This document shows positions 41,180 through 51,229 of a stretch of 64,000 nucleotides of DNA, in pieces. The notes beneath the pieces were generated by a model, which searched no databases, was not told where the DNA came from, and was given only the letters and a program-made list of their open reading frames with translations. Within the stretch, counting starts at the first letter, position 1; each line of letters opens with the position of its first letter. The position numbers and the translations under genes are program-made. This DNA is from Gammaproteobacteria bacterium (lineage in GTDB: Bacteria > Pseudomonadota > Gammaproteobacteria > GCA-2400775): NCBI GenBank assembly GCA_013151045.1, contig JAADIY010000007.1, forward strand, positions 8,095 through 72,094. Direction: 5' to 3'.

Positions 41180-41475
41180 TTACTTCTGGTGCTTTCGTCG
41201 CTCACAACGACAAAGTTAAACGGGAAGTCGGTGCGACTAATTAATATTAGTCAATGCCGACACTGCCCCCGCAACGGTAAGCGAGTTACTTAGGCAATAC
41301 GTCACTGTGCTCAGGCATGGGAAGGCGCCCAAAGTTTTACACTCGCGAGTCCGGAGACCGGCCCGAAGTCATTCGTCAGCGACTGTTGCGGAGGGCAACA
41401 CGAAGCGATAGAGCCTCTCTTTCGTACTTGTTTCCTTCGCACCCAAACCATGCACGGGTGGTGCATAAGGAAACA
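41180..41475 (+). promoter_or_regulatory. cobalamin (AdoCbl) riboswitch with RBS-sequestering expression platform, leader of btuB
   Basis: GGTGC...AAACGGGAAGTCGGTG...GCCGACACTGCCCC core plus B12 box GAGTCCGGAGACCGGCC (41347-41363); downstream hairpin TTGTTTCCTT...AAGGAAACAA pairs with the btuB RBS. Confidence 0.8.
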
Positions 41476-41481
41476 ATAAAA

Positions 41482-43443
41482 ATGAAAAACCGTCTTTTTA
41501 TCGCTCTAATTGCTAGCAATACCACGCTGGCTTTATCGTCTAATATCAGCTTTGCCGAAAGTACAGCAGTACCGCTCGATCGAATTATTATTAGCGATAC
41601 TCGCTCTGCAACTACAAGCGTTAATTTCCCCGGAAAAATCACCCTCATCGATGCAGACCAAATTGAAAAAACTGGCGCAAACAATATCGTTGACGTACTA
41701 CGCACTACCGGTGGAGTCCAAATCTCTGAACTATTCGGCAATGGTACGGATGCAAGTGTGAGCCTAAGAGGGTTTTCAGAAACAGCAGGTCAAAATACCT
41801 TGATATTGGTAGATGGCCGCCGTTTAAACAACGCCGACTTAGAAGCGCCTGACCTAAATACTATTGCCTTGCAAGATATTGAGCGCATAGAAATAACCAA
41901 AGGTAGTGCTTCAGTCCTATATGGCGACAAAGCGGTGGGCGGCGTTATCAACATCATCACCCGCTCTCCCGATGCACTACGCATCAATACAGAAGTTGGC
42001 TTTGGTTCTTTTGATAAAAAAAGTTATTTTGCTAGCGTCGAAGACCGTCACTCAAGTGGTTTCGGCTATCGAATAAACACCAAGCACCGAGAAAGCGACA
42101 ACTTTCGCGACAACAATTCATTTGAACTCACAGACTTTTTTGGCAAAGGCAGTTACGAACACGATAGTGGTGAGTTCTTTTTCGAATACCAAAGCGTAGA
42201 TGAAGACCTAAGGCTCCCTGGACCACTTGGTGCAGCGCTAATAGCTAACAATAGAGAACAAACTGTTAACCCTAACGATTTTACTAATACTAATTCTGAT
42301 ATCGGTCGAATTGGCTTTATACAGTCAATTAATGAAAGCCTTGATGCGCAATTTGAATATACTAGCCGTAGCAGTAACTCATCAGGAATGGTAACAGTAG
42401 GTGGTTTTGGCAGCGCCCTTACAACAGACCGCCAGCATATTGAATTCACTCCTCGGCTAATTTTCACCCAAGAATCATCTATCGGCGACAGAATCATTAC
42501 CGTAGGTGCGGACATATTTAAGTCAGACTATCGCCTAGAATCAACATTTGGTGTTACTGATAATGAACAAAAACAACGTAGCGTTTATTTACACGGTGTC
42601 TTTCCTGTCAGCGAGAAACTTGCTTTAACTACCGGAGCGAGACGTACACTCGTCAATAATGACTTAATTGCATCCAGCTTCCCAAATGGGGTAGACATTA
42701 ACGATGAAGAAAATGCCTGGGAAACCGGTGTTGCTTTTCAAGCCAATAAAAACCTTCGCTTATTCAGCCGTGTAGAGCAGAACTTTCGTTTTGCGGTTGC
42801 TGATGAGTATGCCTCTATATTCGGCGCATTCCCTTTCCCAAACACTCAAACAGGCATGTCATATGAAGCTGGTCTTGAATGGAAAAACCGCAATTCAGCT
42901 ATCAGCTTAGAAATTTATCAGCTTGATCTTGATAACGAGATATCATTTGACCCGAATTTATTCATAAACACTAATATCGGTGATAGCCGACGTCGCGGCC
43001 TCATCATTGAAGGCTCGCAAAGCATCAACAGTGCTTGGACTGTAAGCGCTAACCTAAGCTACCTTGATCATGAAATTACTAGCGGTTCATTCAATGGCGC
43101 CGAAATTCCTTTGGTTGCAGATAAGACCTTAGCCGTCAGCGCAAATTACCAGCACAATGAACATCTGTCTGGCTATATAGAAGTCATTGCTACTAGCGAT
43201 CGCATCCTTGGCGCTGATTTTAGTAACAACGCTTCAAGGCTAGCCGGCTACGCAATTAGCAATCTCAACTTACAGTACAAATTAAACAACTTTAGATTTG
43301 GGCTGCGCATTAACAATCTGCTCAATAAAGAATATAGTGACAACGGAAATTTTGCTGCATTCTCAACTCCACAAGAAAGCTTTTTCCCAGCACCGGAACG
43401 TAATTATTTCTTAACAATACAGTACAATCACGAAGTCATATAA
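41482..43443 (+). CDS. btuB: TonB-dependent vitamin B12 receptor
   Basis: Signal peptide, TonB box region, plug and beta-barrel, C-terminal ...YNHEVI; preceded by cobalamin riboswitch; start at internal ATG (ORF track starts 41317 inside the riboswitch). Confidence 0.8.
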   Translation: MKNRLFIALIASNTTLALSSNISFAESTAVPLDRIIISDTRSATTSVNFPGKITLIDADQIEKTGANNIVDVLRTTGGVQISELFGNGTDASVSLRGFSETAGQNTLILVDGRRLNNADLEAPDLNTIALQDIERIEITKGSASVLYGDKAVGGVINIITRSPDALRINTEVGFGSFDKKSYFASVEDRHSSGFGYRINTKHRESDNFRDNNSFELTDFFGKGSYEHDSGEFFFEYQSVDEDLRLPGPLGAALIANNREQTVNPNDFTNTNSDIGRIGFIQSINESLDAQFEYTSRSSNSSGMVTVGGFGSALTTDRQHIEFTPRLIFTQESSIGDRIITVGADIFKSDYRLESTFGVTDNEQKQRSVYLHGVFPVSEKLALTTGARRTLVNNDLIASSFPNGVDINDEENAWETGVAFQANKNLRLFSRVEQNFRFAVADEYASIFGAFPFPNTQTGMSYEAGLEWKNRNSAISLEIYQLDLDNEISFDPNLFINTNIGDSRRRGLIIEGSQSINSAWTVSANLSYLDHEITSGSFNGAEIPLVADKTLAVSANYQHNEHLSGYIEVIATSDRILGADFSNNASRLAGYAISNLNLQYKLNNFRFGLRINNLLNKEYSDNGNFAAFSTPQESFFPAPERNYFLTIQYNHEVI

Positions 43444-43458
43444 ATAGCTGGATAGAAA

Positions 43459-44001
43459 ATGGGCAATCGACTCACCAAGATATACACTTGCACCGGTGAT
43501 GATGGCAGCACAGGTCTTGGCGACGGCACACGCGTTAGCAAGGATCACATGCGTGTCGACTGTTACGGCAGTACTGATGAAACCAACGCTCAGATTGGTG
43601 TTGTGTTAACACACAATATTCCTGGCGAGGTCAGCACATGTTTATCTGCGATACAGCACCGCCTATTTGATTTAGGCGGTGAGCTATGCATCCCAGGGCA
43701 TACTATTTTAACCGCGGAACATGTCACGCAACTTGAAGAACAAATAGATGCATTCAATGAAAACCTTCCGCCACTAAAAGAATTTATTCTCCCTGGTGGC
43801 AATGCTGCTGGCGCTCATTGCCATGTCGCTCGAACCGTATGCCGACGTAGCGAGCGGCTACTCGTCACGTTAAGCAAAGAAGAAACTATTAACCCTCATG
43901 CACTAAAATATCTAAATCGCTTGTCTGACTTACTATTTGTTATCGCCCGCGTGCTAACACGCGCCGATGGCAGCGACGAAGTCTATTGGACACGCGATTA
44001 A
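43459..44001 (+). CDS. cobO: ATP:cob(I)alamin adenosyltransferase, PduO type
   Basis: 180 aa; KIYTCTGDDGSTGL N-terminus characteristic of PduO-type adenosyltransferases. Confidence 0.85.
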   Translation: MGNRLTKIYTCTGDDGSTGLGDGTRVSKDHMRVDCYGSTDETNAQIGVVLTHNIPGEVSTCLSAIQHRLFDLGGELCIPGHTILTAEHVTQLEEQIDAFNENLPPLKEFILPGGNAAGAHCHVARTVCRRSERLLVTLSKEETINPHALKYLNRLSDLLFVIARVLTRADGSDEVYWTRD

Positions 44002-44016
44002 GCAGAGAACTCAGCA

Positions 44017-44784
44017 ATGAAACAAGCAATAGTAACGATTGGCATAGGCGAAATTGGTAGTGTAATAGCACGTGGTTTTTTACGTCTCGGTCATCCTGTT
44101 TATCCTGCCACTCGTTCGAGCAAAATTGATGAGCTTGCCAGCGCTATTGATCCAGCATTAGTTATTGTTGCTGTCGGCGAAAATGATTTGCAAACGACTC
44201 TTACTAAACTACCCGATCAATGGCGTGACCGCGTTGTATTGCTGCAAAATGAATTGCTCCCTAGCAGCTGGCTACCACACCAACTGATTGATCCCACCAT
44301 CATTTCTATCTGGTTCGAAAAGAAAAAGGGCCAAGACAGCAAAGTGCTCATTCCTTCACCTGCGTTTGGGCCACACTCAACACTATTACAACAAGCTCTC
44401 GCTTCACTAGATATTCCGGTAAACCAGATCAACAACAAAAACGATCTGCTTTTTGAATTGGTGGTAAAAAATCTCTATATCGTTACCACTAATGTCGCTG
44501 GTTTAAAAGTAGGTGGTAATGTGGGCGAGCTACAAAAACATCACGAAACACTTATGCGTGATATCGCTAATGAAGTATTGAGCATTCAAGAAATATTAAC
44601 TGGCAGCACTTTCAACAACGATGCATTAATTGCTGCAATGCAAAAAGCGATGGATGCTGATCCCGAACACAAATGCATGGGCCGCTCTGCGCCGACTCGC
44701 TTAAAGCGTGCGTTAGCTCAAGCTGCCGAGTCTAATTTAGCCGTACCCACCTTGCAGAGTATTGCTGAGCTAACCGCCGAATAA
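44017..44784 (+). CDS. uncharacterised NAD(P)-binding Rossmann-fold protein in the B12 operon
   Basis: 255 aa; N-terminal IVTIGIGEIGSVIARGF dinucleotide-binding motif; 15 bp downstream of cobO; no recognisable cob/cbi family. Confidence 0.45.
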   Translation: MKQAIVTIGIGEIGSVIARGFLRLGHPVYPATRSSKIDELASAIDPALVIVAVGENDLQTTLTKLPDQWRDRVVLLQNELLPSSWLPHQLIDPTIISIWFEKKKGQDSKVLIPSPAFGPHSTLLQQALASLDIPVNQINNKNDLLFELVVKNLYIVTTNVAGLKVGGNVGELQKHHETLMRDIANEVLSIQEILTGSTFNNDALIAAMQKAMDADPEHKCMGRSAPTRLKRALAQAAESNLAVPTLQSIAELTAE

Positions 44785-44791
44785 ACAGCTA

Positions 44792-45385
44792 TCAACCTTC
44801 ATGAAACAATAATGTCGGTGGTGAACCTGGCGTAAACTGCAATCGTGTTATCGCGGCATTGCTTACTTTAATACGAAACATGTTTTCAATAGGACTGCCC
44901 AACACATAGCTAATTGCGGCACGTATCACACCCGCATGCGCAACAACTAATACGTGACGACCTGGGTTTTCATCAACAATATTATCTATTGCACGACAAA
45001 TGCGTTGCTGAAAGTCTACTAACACTTCTGCACCCTGCGGTCGGTTTGCCACAGGGTCGCTAAAAAAACGTTGTAATATATGAGGGTCATCAGCACACAG
45101 TTGATCTCGCGTCATACCCTCCCACACGCCAAAGCCTATTTCTTTTAAACGATCCTCAGAACGGCAAGATAAACCGTGGGTTTGCGCTAACTCTTCGGCA
45201 AATGCCTGACAGCGAATCAACGGTGAGCTAACAATCACTTGCCAAGGAATTTCACTGGGTACGGCATCGCGCATTTGCTGCCAACCTAAATCGCTTAGCG
45301 GATCATCAATTTGTCCGCGATAACGCCTACCGCCAACCGGCTCGCCGTGGCGCATAAAATCAATAATAGTGCGGTTAGTAGACAT
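44792..45385 (-). CDS. cobC: alpha-ribazole phosphatase / histidine phosphatase family
   Basis: IDFMRHGEP...(RHG catalytic motif), phosphoglycerate-mutase-like fold; start 2 bp after the cbiB stop (ORF track extends to 45487). Confidence 0.7.
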   Translation of the reverse strand: MSTNRTIIDFMRHGEPVGGRRYRGQIDDPLSDLGWQQMRDAVPSEIPWQVIVSSPLIRCQAFAEELAQTHGLSCRSEDRLKEIGFGVWEGMTRDQLCADDPHILQRFFSDPVANRPQGAEVLVDFQQRICRAIDNIVDENPGRHVLVVAHAGVIRAAISYVLGSPIENMFRIKVSNAAITRLQFTPGSPPTLLFHEG

Positions 45386-45387
45386 CG

Positions 45388-46287
45388 CTATGTCCACCCC
45401 CACATAGTCAATAATGCGATGACTATTAACCATATCACTACCGTGCGAGTAGTCAGCCGGTAGGCACTGTCGATGTGCCCATGCCAATCATCGGGGTCAT
45501 CGACCTCGACACCTTCTCTGCATGTACGAAACTGTAAAGCGCTGATACCTGTCTCAACTAATATACGGCGGTTACCTGCTATCCAATCTTGCTTCCAACG
45601 TGACGTGTTTTTTCTCCAACACTCCACAACATCAATAAAACTGCCAGCAAGCGCATAACCTATAGCCGTTAGACGTGCAGGAATCCAAGCCAATATGCCA
45701 TGAAGAATTCGTGCGCTCTCCACTACAGATGCCAGGCTATTACATGAATGAAGCAAATCATCACGCAATACCGATGACAGTCGAAACAACACTGCCCCAA
45801 TAGGACCTAGCACAACAAACCAAAATATGACGCCCAATAAACGTTCATTATTTGCCACTAAAACACCATCGAGCACGGCACGATGCAGTCCATGCTCGTC
45901 ATCTTTTTGAACGCTTCCTCGCGCGATAATCGTATCAACATGTTGCAGCGCGGCTTTTTCATTACCGGCATCGCAGGCGGCAATATAATTCGTCAACTGG
46001 CGCTGTAAATTCATTGGACCAAAACTGTAGATGAGTATCACTAACGAAAACACTAGATAAACTAAACTATTCCATTCAGCAAGCCTAGCTTGTAGTAGAC
46101 CTACAACTAACACGGGAACCAATAAAATTAGCAGCAGGCCAATAACGCCACCACCGAAGGCAAAAATTTTCGAGTGCGTAAGAGAAAAATCAACCAAGCG
46201 CTGAAGCCAGTGATATTTTCTAATTTCGTCAATGGATGGTGCGAAACGCTCAACGAACAGCGCTAACAATATCACTATTAAATTCAT
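45388..46287 (-). CDS. cbiB: adenosylcobinamide-phosphate synthase
   Basis: 299 aa polytopic membrane protein with CobD/CbiB-like hydropathy and motifs. Confidence 0.75.
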   Translation of the reverse strand: MNLIVILLALFVERFAPSIDEIRKYHWLQRLVDFSLTHSKIFAFGGGVIGLLLILLVPVLVVGLLQARLAEWNSLVYLVFSLVILIYSFGPMNLQRQLTNYIAACDAGNEKAALQHVDTIIARGSVQKDDEHGLHRAVLDGVLVANNERLLGVIFWFVVLGPIGAVLFRLSSVLRDDLLHSCNSLASVVESARILHGILAWIPARLTAIGYALAGSFIDVVECWRKNTSRWKQDWIAGNRRILVETGISALQFRTCREGVEVDDPDDWHGHIDSAYRLTTRTVVIWLIVIALLTMWGWT

Positions 46288-46341
46288 AGGCTATGAGTTC
46301 CTTTTTCTATTAGCTTCACTATTCACTCATCCAGCACTGAC

Positions 46342-46893
46342 TCATCCCGTGAGCATCGCTCGAAATCGCTCCCATTCAAAAGCATCGCCAGGATCTGTCT
46401 TACGTTGTGGCGCAATATCGCTATGGCCAACAATACGATCAACACTGATGGCAGGATAGCGCGACTGAATGTGGTGTGTCACGTCAACTAGCGCCTCATA
46501 TTGCTTAATCTCATAGGGCCTATCATCACAACCTTCTAGCTCAATACCGATAGAAAAGTCATTGCAGCCTGTTTGACCATCAAAACACGATTCACCCGCA
46601 TGCCATGCGCGCTGGTCAAACGAGACGTACTGTCGAATCTCACCAGTGCGACTGATTAACAAATGTGATGACACCTTAAGTTCAGCTATCTCTGCAAAGT
46701 AAGGATGCGCTGTCGAATCAAGTCGATTGCAAAACAAATCATCAATCCAGGGACCACCATATTCACCTGGTGGCAGGCTGATATTGTGGATAACTAGCAC
46801 ACTCGCCGCCGTATTTAATGGCCGCTCATCCTGATTGGGGCTCTCAATGCGAATTGCCTGGGTCAACCAACCATTTTGATCTATCAGAGACAT
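46342..46893 (-). CDS. ampD: 1,6-anhydro-N-acetylmuramyl-L-alanine amidase AmpD
   Basis: 183 aa; amidase_2 motifs (VLVIHNISLPPGEYGG..., AWHAGES). Confidence 0.85.
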   Translation of the reverse strand: MSLIDQNGWLTQAIRIESPNQDERPLNTAASVLVIHNISLPPGEYGGPWIDDLFCNRLDSTAHPYFAEIAELKVSSHLLISRTGEIRQYVSFDQRAWHAGESCFDGQTGCNDFSIGIELEGCDDRPYEIKQYEALVDVTHHIQSRYPAISVDRIVGHSDIAPQRKTDPGDAFEWERFRAMLTG

Positions 46894-47104
46894 AGTTTAC
46901 CCAGCACAAGCATTCAAGTTACTGATTTATAAACATTTAAAGAACCATAATACAGCAATTAGCACACCAGAAAACCCTATCTCGCCCCGGCTTTTATATC
47001 ATAATTAGTGAAATAGCCTAATTATTTAGTGCGCTGGCAACAAAATCGTTCGACTCGGCCGCTAAGCGACGTATAATGCGCCTCATTTTGTCCGGAGAAT
47101 TCCC

Positions 47105-48934
47105 TTGAGCGAACAGCGTCGTAATATCGCCATCGTAGCCCACGTTGACCATGGTAAAACCACCTTGGTCGATTGTTTGCTACAGCAGTCTGGCACCCTT
47201 GATGAGCGTAAACCTACCACTGAGCGCGTCATGGACAGTAATGACCTCGAAAAAGAGCGCGGCATTACTATTTTGTCAAAAAACACAGCAATTCAATGGG
47301 GCGACTATAAGATCAATATCGTCGACACCCCAGGCCATGCTGATTTTGGCGGTGAAGTTGAACGCGTATTGTCTATGGTCGACTCTGTCGTATTGTTGGT
47401 CGATGCTGTTGACGGCCCAATGCCTCAAACACGCTTCGTCACCCAAAAGGCTTTCGCTCAAGGCTTAAAACCCATTGTCGTGGTCAACAAAATTGACCGC
47501 CCTGGCGCACGTCCAGACTGGGTTGTTGATCAAACCTTTGAGCTTTTTGATCAACTCGGCGCAACCGATGACCAACTAGATTTCCCTGTCGTCTACACTT
47601 CTGCGGTCGGTGGTTACGCCACTTTAGACGCTGAAAATATAGACACCAATGGCACCATGGATCCATTATTCGAAACGATTCGTGACCATGTCGCGCCGCC
47701 TGATGTCAGCATCGACGGGCCCTTTCAGATGCAAATCAGCTCGCTCGATTACTCAAGCTATGTCGGTGCTATCGGCGTTGGACGCATTAATCGTGGTAGC
47801 GTTAAAACGAATACCCCGATTGTCGTTGTTGATGCTGAAGGTAACAAACGTAATGCACGCATCATGCAGGTTTTGGGCTTTCTCGGGCTCGAACGTATCG
47901 AAACCAGCATGGCTGAAGCCGGTGACATTATCGCCATTACCGGCGTTGAAAATATTCGCATATCAGAAACCTTGTGTGACCCTGATACGCCAGATGCATT
48001 GCCCGCACTCAGCGTTGACGAACCAACAATTTCAATGAGCTTTCACGTCAATAATTCACCGTTTGCTGGTCGTGAAGGTAAATATGTGACTAGCCGTCAA
48101 ATAGGCGATCGCCTAGATAAAGAACTTATTCATAACGTTGCGTTACGCGTCGAAGACACCCCTGATGCCAATGTGTTTTTAGTGTCAGGTCGTGGCGAAC
48201 TGCATCTTTCTATTCTTATAGAAACCATGCGCCGCGAAGGCTATGAATTAGCCATTGGTCGCCCGCAGGTCATCACTAAAGAAGTTGATGGCATCATGCA
48301 AGAGCCATGGGAACAATTGACGGTTGATGTTGAAGACAATGCCCAAGGCACTGTTATGGAAAAACTCGGCGAGCGTGGCGGTAATCTCACCAATATGGCT
48401 CCCGATGGCAATGGGCGTGTGCGCCTAGAATACGAGATCCCAGCACGCGGCTTAATCGGTTTCCGTACCGAATTCATGACAGCAACATCGGGTACTGGTT
48501 TGCTCTACCATAGCTTTGACCACTACGGGCCAGCAAAAACAGGTCATTTAGCACAGCGCCAACGTGGCGTGCTCATTTGTAATGGTAGCGGCAAAAGCGC
48601 CGGATACGCTTTATTTACATTACAAGAACGTGGCCGTTTATTTATTGGCCATGGTGAAGACTTATACGAAGGCCAAATCATCGGTATTCATTCGCGTGAT
48701 AATGATCTGACTGTTAACCCACTTAAAGGTAAACAGCTCACCAACGTGCGTGCTTCGGGAACCGACGATAATATTGTGCTGACCCCGCCTATACGTTTGG
48801 ATCTTGAGCAGTCACTTGAGTTTATCGATGACGATGAATTAGTCGAGGTTACACCCGAGTCGATTCGTATACGTAAGAAATGGTTGTTAGAAAATGAACG
48901 TAAACGCGCAGGCAGAAGCAAAGCCGCTTCGTAA
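47105..48934 (+). CDS. typA: translational GTPase TypA/BipA
   Basis: 609 aa; G-domain [21 protein letters not shown]; non-ATG (TTG) start in ORF track. Confidence 0.93.
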   Translation: MSEQRRNIAIVAHVDHGKTTLVDCLLQQSGTLDERKPTTERVMDSNDLEKERGITILSKNTAIQWGDYKINIVDTPGHADFGGEVERVLSMVDSVVLLVDAVDGPMPQTRFVTQKAFAQGLKPIVVVNKIDRPGARPDWVVDQTFELFDQLGATDDQLDFPVVYTSAVGGYATLDAENIDTNGTMDPLFETIRDHVAPPDVSIDGPFQMQISSLDYSSYVGAIGVGRINRGSVKTNTPIVVVDAEGNKRNARIMQVLGFLGLERIETSMAEAGDIIAITGVENIRISETLCDPDTPDALPALSVDEPTISMSFHVNNSPFAGREGKYVTSRQIGDRLDKELIHNVALRVEDTPDANVFLVSGRGELHLSILIETMRREGYELAIGRPQVITKEVDGIMQEPWEQLTVDVEDNAQGTVMEKLGERGGNLTNMAPDGNGRVRLEYEIPARGLIGFRTEFMTATSGTGLLYHSFDHYGPAKTGHLAQRQRGVLICNGSGKSAGYALFTLQERGRLFIGHGEDLYEGQIIGIHSRDNDLTVNPLKGKQLTNVRASGTDDNIVLTPPIRLDLEQSLEFIDDDELVEVTPESIRIRKKWLLENERKRAGRSKAAS

Positions 48935-48964
48935 ATTCCTGCTAAAACTTCCATCATTTAAAGG

Positions 48965-48997
48965 CCCTCGATGCTTACCGCATTTGAGGGTTTTTTT
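48965..48997 (+). terminator. rho-independent terminator downstream of typA
   Basis: CCCTCgATGCttaccGCATttGAGGG followed by TTTTTTT. Confidence 0.6.
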
Positions 48998-49305
48998 GTA
49001 AGGAAACAATACCCTAATCTATTTTATTAGGGCATTCATGCAGCATAAAACTCTGCCAATAACATGACACAGCACACACAAATACAAATTTTGTATAACA
49101 AAACTATCACAAAAAAGATATAATTACCCTGCTATGTACCGATTTTTGGGCTAAACCTCACTAAATTCAGCAACAACGCGGCAGCTAGGCCGCCACTCTC
49201 CCAAACAGCACGCTATACATATGCAAGGACGCAAATAGTCAGTCAATAGTAATATCAACAAGGATTAGCTGCGCATTTTTAATATTTATTTGGAGATTTT
49301 CATTC

Positions 49306-49623
49306 ATGTCTAAAAGCGCAGACATAAGCATACAAATTTTTGCCGGCTGCTTAATCAGCTTATCAACGTTGACGTGGGCGAAAGAAACTATCAACGCCTC
49401 GCAAGCAGAAAGTTTACGCCACAGTTCAAACAACGATCCAGACATGCGCACCCCTACAACAAAGCTTAGGACTGCTCATAAAGTAGAAGTCGGTCAAATC
49501 TGCGGCAAAAAAAATAATGCAGGAGCTGAGCTTGTTTGTCGCTCAAACGCTAGGTGTGTCCTCACGGTCAATGGTGACCACGGCATGTGTGTCGCTAGCC
49601 CTTCACTTATTCAAGCTCAATGA
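49306..49623 (+). CDS. small secreted cysteine-containing hypothetical protein
   Basis: 105 aa; GGAG RBS 8 nt upstream; N-terminal signal-peptide-like segment (IFAGCLISLSTLTWA); four Cys in the predicted mature part. Confidence 0.4.
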   Translation: MSKSADISIQIFAGCLISLSTLTWAKETINASQAESLRHSSNNDPDMRTPTTKLRTAHKVEVGQICGKKNNAGAELVCRSNARCVLTVNGDHGMCVASPSLIQAQ

Positions 49624-49821
49624 CACAAACGTAGTACAAACCAGTGAGAGCAGTGTCATATCAGTAATTAACTACATAGATGGTGCCGGCGATAGGAGAA
49701 TGCTTTAAGGCCACTCACTTAATATTTGTTGTTGAGCCGTCGTCGCAAGCTCCGACGTTGCAAAGCAACTCCATCGCTTTGATCAAACCCAGATTCTATG
49801 TATGACAACATATCATCACCA

Positions 49822-49850
49822 TACATAAACCCGCCTAACGGCGGGCTTAT
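49822..49850 (-). terminator. rho-independent terminator downstream of tRNA-Thr
   Basis: Minus-strand AAGCCCGCCgttaGGCGGGTTTATG immediately 3' of the tRNA CCA end. Confidence 0.6.
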
Positions 49851-49853
49851 GTA

Positions 49854-49929
49854 TGGTGCCGGAGAGAGGAGTCGAACCCCCGACCTTCTCATTACGAATG
49901 AGCTGCTCTACCAACTGAGCTACACCGGC
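49854..49929 (-). tRNA. tRNA-Thr (anticodon CGU), 76 nt with encoded CCA
   Basis: Reverse complement GCCGGTGTAGCTCAGTTGGTAGAGCAGCTCATTCGTAATGAGAAGGTCGGGGGTTCGACTCCTCTCTCCGGCACCA; cloverleaf folds and is very similar to E. coli thrW. Confidence 0.9.
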
Positions 49930-49973
49930 GTTGAAGCGACATGGATTATAAGGGCTTAAGAATGCGAGGTAAA

Positions 49974-51053
49974 TCAAACTAAGGCATAGGGTAAACACTC
50001 TATTGGTGATTCAACGCTTTCAACCAAATCTGACATAAGCTGAGCTGATGCAGGCGCCATCGCAATACCATTACGAAAATGCCCACAACTAACAAATAAA
50101 TTTTCGTGCTCAGTTGAGCGACTAATCACCGGGATGCCCGTATCTGAGCCCGGGCGTAAACCAGCCCAATGACCAACAACAGGAGTAGCTTTTAAAGATG
50201 GGAGCAAACACTCTGCTCTTGCGCTTAGCTGTGCTAAGGCTTGTGGCGTCGTTGAGCGATCAAACCCCACATCACTCACCGTGCTACCACAAAGAATATG
50301 ACCATCCGTGCGCGGAATAAGATAGCAGTCGTCGGTAACAATAATATGAGCAAGCAGCCCTGGCTCTGCCTTATACAACAACATCTCGCCACGCATAGGC
50401 TTAATATTTCTTTGTCTCAACTCAGGCATTAATTGCGCCGCCCAAGCACCCGCGCAAACCACAACCTTATCTGCTGAATAAAGACGATCCAGCGTTTTAA
50501 CTGTAAATTTCCCACCTTTTTGCGCTTCAATGCTTTCTACCAAACAATGCTCATAGAGCGTTACATCTAGCTTACTTAGCGAAGCGCACAATGCCTTAAT
50601 TAAACGTGGGTTTCTGATCTGAGCAACACCAGGCAATCGGGTAGCAAAACCATTGAAATCAGAGGCTTTTGCATCTGGAAAAATCGCATCAAAATCCTCA
50701 GGGCTCAAACTTTCAGCATCAAGGCTATGCGCTTTTGCCCAACTACAGCCTTCGCCTTCTTCTTGCGACAACACACACATACCAGATTGATACCACTGAA
50801 CATCCACGCCCGTTTCATCATAGAGTGATTGAGCAAGTTTTTCATAGCGGGAATGACCCCAAAGAATTAACTGGTTAATCTCATCATCAGCTCGCCAAGG
50901 AATCAACGCAGAAACAATACCCCCACCCGCCCAAGAAGACTCGCCGCCAACACAACCACGATCCAAAACAGTGACATCGGCACCACGCAGCGCCAAATCA
51001 CGCGCCGTCATCATACCGACAACCCCAGCACCGATTATCACAACATCAGACAT
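49974..51053 (-). CDS. FAD-dependent oxidoreductase (ThiO / D-amino-acid-oxidase-like)
   Basis: N-terminal VVIIGAGVVGMMTARDLALRG dinucleotide motif; syntenic with the oxidoreductase adjacent to fimT in Pseudomonas. Confidence 0.7.
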   Translation of the reverse strand: MSDVVIIGAGVVGMMTARDLALRGADVTVLDRGCVGGESSWAGGGIVSALIPWRADDEINQLILWGHSRYEKLAQSLYDETGVDVQWYQSGMCVLSQEEGEGCSWAKAHSLDAESLSPEDFDAIFPDAKASDFNGFATRLPGVAQIRNPRLIKALCASLSKLDVTLYEHCLVESIEAQKGGKFTVKTLDRLYSADKVVVCAGAWAAQLMPELRQRNIKPMRGEMLLYKAEPGLLAHIIVTDDCYLIPRTDGHILCGSTVSDVGFDRSTTPQALAQLSARAECLLPSLKATPVVGHWAGLRPGSDTGIPVISRSTEHENLFVSCGHFRNGIAMAPASAQLMSDLVESVESPIECLPYALV

Positions 51054-51229
51054 CAAACACCCAAGCAAATAAAAATCAAAAACGAGTCGGCATCATACTC
51101 GAACACAGACAAAGCGTCAGTTTTATGACAACTGAAACATTTCAACCACTTATCGGAAAAACTCTTTGTCTCATCTGCCACAGTGGCGAAAGTTTTGACA
51201 CTATTAACTACTTGCGTTTAACTACACTC

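Noticed and set aside
41317-41481. N-terminal 55 codons of the 708-aa btuB ORF in the ORF track
   Set aside because: This stretch is the cobalamin riboswitch aptamer. The true start is the ATG at 41482, followed by a signal peptide.
46232-46459. 75-aa ORF spanning the cbiB-ampD junction
   Set aside because: It is antisense to the cbiB start and the ampD end, and neither conserved nor plausibly expressed.
51125-51229. N-terminal 35-codon extension of the fimU ORF (and similar short extensions on pgk, fba, yqgE, pilV, pilY1, thiO-like, cobC, pyrK-like)
   Set aside because: Homolog N-termini, prepilin leader position, RBS placement and avoidance of overlap with upstream elements all support the internal start codons used in the feature table.
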